DNA from: Chara braunii
Lineage: Eukaryota > Plantae > Charophyceae
NCBI GenBank assembly: GCA_003427395.1
Contig: BFEA01000037.1
Location: 273,862-337,861, forward strand
DNA: 64,000 nt
Direction: 5' to 3'
A program made the position numbers and the translations under genes. Position 1 is the stretch's first letter. Each line of letters begins with the position of its first letter. Below the pieces are notes generated by a model, which was not told the DNA's origin, did no database searches, and saw nothing but the letters and a program-made list of their open reading frames with translations. This document shows positions 58,612-64,000 of the stretch, piece by piece.

Positions 58612-61600
58612 CAGGTTTGCCAGGCCGAACGTCTGGAGGCCCCTAAGCTGACCCTCGAACGTTCGGGCGTTCGGGTCCCCGTACGGAGCCCGAACCTGTC
58701 CCCGTACGGACCCCGCAAAAACATATTTTGGCACCTAAATATTATTATTTATTTCTGAATTTTTTTGTGTGAGTTATTTGTGATGTAAGGTATCTCCCTG
58801 TTAATATTGAAGCCATTCTGTTAAGCCAAAAAAAACATGAAAAATCGGCAAAGATGGTGGTGTCAAAACTTGCTTGCTTACAGAATCTCAATCTAATACA
58901 ATATTTATCATAATATTTATTAACACGATAAAACCAAAGGCTGACTAGCATGAAACTAACCATCACTTTGCTAAGATCTCACTTAAATATAACCGGTGAA
59001 TGCCTGGTCGCTAAAGCCGACCCAAAGGGTCGTGTCTCTTGTACTTTTCGTAGTTGTCTAGTAACGTCTGTTTGATTGGGATTTCGCAAGAATCTATCGG
59101 ATGGCCCGATGACTGCCCAACACAGCCCGCACTTCCAATGGTCCCTGTCCTAGTGTCTCTGTCCCATCGAGCATTGCATGATTTTGCCCTCCTTTCCGCT
59201 TTTCTGCAAACCAATCAGGGACAAAGACATAAATTGACAACTCCTATTTCTTCACCCTAGGAAAAGAAGTGTACAAATATCGTTTTCAGGTGTCGGTACA
59301 CGATTGTTAAAAAAAAGGGAAGCTCAATCTTTCCTTCTACTTATGCACTGGTAGCATATATTTCACTAACTGAAATTGCAAGCAATTAGTGAATCGTTGG
59401 CCTAGGTGGTGCAGTGACAGAGTGTCGCATCCTTGCAGGATAAAGGGAGACTTTGTGAAGACTAGCTCTCGTCAGTCCCCCTTTCTCACTCACACCGTCA
59501 CAACTGTTGTCGCACTTTTTCCAGTCAGGCTACTTTGGACCACTTCTGGCGACCGGAAAGCCAACAGGCTGTCACGCAGGATTTTGTTGTTGATAACAAT
59601 AAATAAAATAAAATAAATAATGCAAATCCCTCCCTGTTGTGTGCGTTCGGCTTCGAGCGAGACCCTTCAATTACGGTCTTCGCCGGTCCCCGGTCTTAGG
59701 AATCTTTTATTTAAATTCGGAACAACAAAAAATCATGTAAATAATAATTATAAAATTATGGAGTGCTATGCATGCATCAATTATGTCAATCTGATTTTTT
59801 GGAACTGTGATAGAATCATCCAAGGAAACATCAAGCGAAAACAATGCAAGGAGCAACGATTGGAGCAATTGAATAAGGGAAGAATGAGAACTCATAATAG
59901 TCTAAGGGAGTACATATGGAAGAGAGCTTGGCCAGCACCAATCAAGAGTCCTCACTCATCCCTCTGAACTTCACTTTCCGTCGTTTGGGCTTCTTGCCAA
60001 GTCTCCGCACTCTCTGAGGTTGTGGCTTCTGAATGTAAAGCCACCTGAAACCTACTAGTTCCAAACATTTTCAGCCAAGTCCCATGATACGGAAGTCAAG
60101 CATGGCGCAAAACTCCTCCCATAGAGTTGGGAGATAGGGCTGAGAGAAAATGCCCCTCCTGAGATGAGGAAACCGAAAGGGCTCGATCACTGCCTCGTAG
60201 TCGATTACTGCCGGCGATATGTACCTCTTGGCCAAGTCCACCAATCCACCCCAATAAGAGTCGTCAGTAAGGTAGTAGGGGACTGGAGGCTTGGGATAGT
60301 CAGTGAAAAGCTTAGGGCCAAAGCTATAGACTAACTTGGTATTCTCTTGGAGCCTCTCAACTTTCCACTACACATACCCGGCTGCTGCTGCCCACACCGC
60401 ATCAGAGTGAGGGTGTTTCTCATTCCCCTTTTTCATAAAGATCCGTAAGTCGCTGACTGTTCCTTCAGCGAACTCAGTAAGCGCGATGAAAATTGACAGG
60501 TCCTCTCGCTTGAACCCATCAATCCTAACGTACTTGTAGGGGAAGCTCTCCTTGGCAGCAATCAGGTTGAGTTTGTCAAGGACCGACTGGTCAACCGTGA
60601 TGGGGTTGATCTCTCTCATGTATTTGAGAATTGATTACTCTCCGATAATCTGAGAAGAAGCTGGTTTTTACCAGCAAGTGTCTGTTATAGGCCGGGTCAA
60701 CTGTAATCTGCTAAATAGGCAGAGGTAGCTGCTGAGCTAGCTCCTGAATCTGTCGGAGCGCTGACCAAGTGCCAATCAAACGTTGATTAATTGCTAGTTG
60801 GGAACAAAATAGTACCAAACTGAACGTTGCTAAGATGGTACTGTTGTTGCCCACAGGTCACTCGGTGGTAAAATTTCGAAGGTATTACCATCCACAGGAA
60901 AATTACACATGATCGTAGTTATAGTACAACTCATTACTGATCCGTTGGTTATAACTGTTGGATGCCGAGTGCAAAGACCGTTGAGGGCAAAGTCTACTTA
61001 GTACAAAATCTGCTGAGATTGCTATCTGCTGAGATTGCTGATTGAAGTGAAAGTGTATTGACTGCTGCTGAACTGAGTGCGATTTCAAATGTTTTTTTAT
61101 GAAACTGATTAGCTGTAGTCCAGAGAAACTGACTGGCTACTGATCTAGGAACTGTGATTACTAATCAGGTGTTGATTGATGCAATTGTTGTTCGTGTTTT
61201 GTCGATATACTGTGTGTCCTGTTGCGATATGTTTCTGAAGCCGGTTCATTTTCTCTGACCATGTCTATGCCTTATGTGATTTTGCTTCTCTCGGAGTGGA
61301 TGTCTAAACTCTTTTACTGATTTCCAGTAACCTTTCTCCTTGCCTCCTCAACGGATCCTATCGACGAGAGGGTACTGTGTAATCTCCCGTCTGACCCAGG
61401 AATGTAGAAGATGTACTCGACATGTTTTTGATTTTTCACTAACTTTAACGCCTTCTCCATCAAAAGCTCTATATAACAGTGGATGTCCTGAACCAAACTT
61501 CCTTCCAAGCCTTTGGCTTTATCTCGACACATTGAGTAGGTCACTCTCAGTATATCCTCCCCTTCCATCTTTCTGCAAACGTCTTTCGTATTGGTTTAGG

Positions 61601-62985
61601 GTCATAAACCAACGGGCGTAAATGACATCTCTCATCAATCAGAACTTTTTGGAGGGTTGCTCAGACCCACAGCCAAACGGTGGGGAGCTGAAGAGGACAT
61701 TGATTCATTTTACGGGTATAGTTGTTCTCGAACTCTCTCTGGCTTTGCCACCACATGAGCAGATATCTCTAACACTTTTCAAGTCAATTGGAGTAGTGAT
61801 TCAGAGTAGTATTTTTGCTGTCCCGGTGGCCTCTTGTGGAGATTGGGTTTGTACACACTGAGAGCTATCTCATGTGAGATAGACGGAATAATATGCCATA
61901 GGACTCCCTTCGTCTATCTTGATGACGACGACTCACCGGTTGTGCCGAGTTTGAAGTGAGACGCTCCTGCACAGACTCAGGTTCACTATAGGCTCACTAA
62001 ACCAGATACCGTACGTTTGCATACTATTCATGTGTTCCTACCCCACAGAAAACGTATCTCACACCACCAGCCCTTAGGTATTTATAGAGAATTGAACTTC
62101 CACCCACGGCTGACCCTGACGGCGGGATAAATGATTTTTATCAAGTTGACAATTTTCCTCTCAGGCAAAACTTACACAAACCATTGCTCGTATCATTTGG
62201 AAAATCTCTGATCACAACACCCACTGATAGGGCAGATGAGTGTGCCACTGAATAGGACTCGAAGATTGCCAAGAAATTCTGCAGGCGGCACATACTACCA
62301 TACTTTTAGGTGTCGAGTCGTCAGTTATTCCCCTCAGGGCAGTCCACACACTGTCTGTGAGATAAAGCGTTCCCTGGAGTTACCTTCAACCATAAACGAG
62401 TATGGGCAGTACCTACGACCAATCACACCTATCACCACTGATAATAGCTCTCTTCCCAGATGCCTGACTGCGCATGTCCGCTGCAATCAGCACCCTTGTA
62501 ATGAGGAGCTTATCACCCCGGACAAGCTTTGCTCATGCCGTGAGCAATTACTGGCTAGTATTCTCTATTATGTAAGCTACAAATATATAAATTTTCATGA
62601 CATTTGTCACATCCCAAAAAAAACGAGAAATCGCCAAAGATGGTCGTGTCAAAAACGTGCTCGCCCACTCAATAATTTCATTCTCATTTTTTTTCCCCTA
62701 ACTTTTATCATTATTATTTATTTTTAGTTATTGATTTTTATTTCAAATTTGGTAAAGAATTTGGATGTTACTATAAGGCAAATGTTGTTTAGCTTATTCT
62801 TATGCATAACATATATAATTTTTATATTTTTTGGAATTCTTTTTTTTTTTTTTTTTTTTTTTTGGTTGGGGGGGGGGGGGGGGGGAGCGCGTTCGGCCAA
62901 ACGGCCGAACGTGTCGAGAATGGGTCTCCAACGTTCGGGCGCTCAGGTTCGGGCGTTCGGCCCGTCACGAACGCCGACAACCCTG
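58612..62985. mobile_element. Non-autonomous hAT-like DNA transposon enclosing an inverted LTR segment
   Basis: 8-bp TSD AGTCTATC (58604-58611, 62986-62993); TIRs CAGGTTTGCC / GACAACCCTG; subterminal CCGAAC/GTTCGG repeats at both ends; no transposase ORF. Confidence 0.75.
59508..62560 (-). repeat. 3' LTR of element B, second part, inverted
   Basis: Reverse complement of 39717-42788, ending GTGCGACA at 59508; ORFs 60368-60619 and 61314-61568 mirror 41656 and 40707. Confidence 0.9.
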
Positions 62986-63300
62986 AGTCTATCTATATTC
63001 TATTATTTACAGATATAAAAGAAAAAGAATGAATTCTATTGGGAAATATTAGACATTACACAAAAAATATGTATTTTTTTGAATAAAAAGATACATGATA
63101 TAATCAACATATATATTGTCACACTGGAAATCGGAGCGCAAAGGCAGAAAAAGACAAAACAAGAAAAAGAAAAAGAAGGAAGGAAGGAAAGCCCCTACTA
63201 TTTGTCACCTCTTGAGTACAAGGCCAGCCACGTGGATGACAGGTTGAGCGTTGGCTGCCCCCATCTCCGTGTGTCATAAGGACCCAATTGCACGCAGCCA

Positions 63301-63454
63301 AAAAGGCAAAGAGGTAAAGAAAAGGCGGAGGAAACCAAACCTCACAGAAGAAGAAAGCCTATTAAACAGACGAAGCAAAAGGCAAAGAGGTAAAGAAAAG
63401 GCGGAGGAAACCAAACCTCACAGAAGAAGAAAGCCTATTAAACAGACGAAGCAA
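63301..63454 (+). repeat. Tandem repeat, 76-bp unit x2
   Basis: AAAAGGCAAAGAGG...AAACAGACGAAGC is duplicated exactly. Confidence 0.9.
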
Positions 63455-63621
63455 GTGACACATCCCACAGATAATCCAATTACCATCCCACATAACATTT
63501 TTTTTTTTTTCTCAGGTTTTTTTTTTGGTGTTTTTCCTTCCTTGGTTTCTATTTTTATTTCTTTATTTTTTATCTTTTTACTCGGTTTCTTTCTTTATCT
63601 GTTTCTTCTACACTTCATTTG

Positions 63622-63996
63622 TCACCCCCTCGGCGGATGTTCACAGGGATACCCAAGGAGAGTTGCGTTAGTACAGCATTCAGCCAGACGGCTAGCACGA
63701 ACCATCTCGTCGAAACAATCCCGACATAGGACATGTTGCCCACATGTCAAGAAAACAGCACGACGTTCGTCACAGTGCGGCATCATGCAGTTCTGATAGC
63801 GTCCTTGGGAACAAAAAGAACAACGTACATCTGGGTGATAGGGATGTGCACAATGAGGAAATGTTAAACACCCTTCCGCACATACGGCGGCAGTCGCAAT
63901 GGATTGATCATGGTGCTGACACAGATAATGCACTCCACAACCAAGACACACCACGTCTCTATCCCGATAAATGTCGCACGAGAGACACTCAACAAT
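63622..63996 (-). CDS. Cys/His-rich zinc-finger ORF with RING-like C-terminus (probably a terminal exon or fragment)
   Basis: IVECLSCD...CLGC...CQHH...CSFC...CMMPHC-x9-CGQHVLCRDC-x12-CC. The frame is open back to a TAG at 63997-63999 that could be a splice acceptor. Confidence 0.5.
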   Translation of the reverse strand: MVECLSCDIYRDRDVVCLGCGVHYLCQHHDQSIATAAVCAEGCLTFPHCAHPYHPDVRCSFCSQGRYQNCMMPHCDERRAVFLTCGQHVLCRDCFDEMVRASRLAECCTNATLLGYPCEHPPRG

Positions 63997-64000
63997 CTAG

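Larger units (their letters stand above)
35280..62560 (+). mobile_element. Element B: near-complete non-chromovirus Ty3/Gypsy retrotransposon with ~7.5-kb LTRs; 3' LTR split and partly inverted
   Basis: Order: LTR, PBS, accessory ORFs, gag, PR, RT, RH, IN, PPT, LTR; termini TGTCG...CGACA. Confidence 0.88.

Overview
This is eukaryotic, almost entirely transposon-derived DNA: nested and fragmented Ty3/Gypsy LTR retrotransposons, two non-autonomous DNA transposons and two assembly gaps. The gag/pol style suggests a repeat-rich green-plant genome such as the charophyte Chara (inferred from recall, not verified). The main object is a non-chromovirus Gypsy family present as a near-complete copy (element B, 35280-62560), a decayed copy (element A, ~13752-27250) and an LTR fragment (1-2244). 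Its architecture is unusual. The LTRs are ~7.5 kb (TGTCGG...GCGACA) and carry their own conserved protein-coding ORFs, and the PBS is of the tRNA-Asp type. A tightly packed array of short accessory ORFs precedes gag; 3-4 of them, plus one copy inside the LTR, are paralogues of one unrecognised ~120-aa domain. Between pol and the 3' LTR lies an antisense RGG/acidic ORF with visibly synonymous divergence, followed by a conserved three-hairpin structure. The window also holds tRNA-iMet-primed LTR elements, a chromovirus pol fragment, a TTAA-flanked MITE with its empty site visible, an 8-bp-TSD hAT-like element enclosing an inverted piece of the 3' LTR, and a Cys/His-rich RING-like ORF at the window end. 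All alignments were made by eye. Parts of the two B LTRs share identical N positions, so assembly artefacts are possible.
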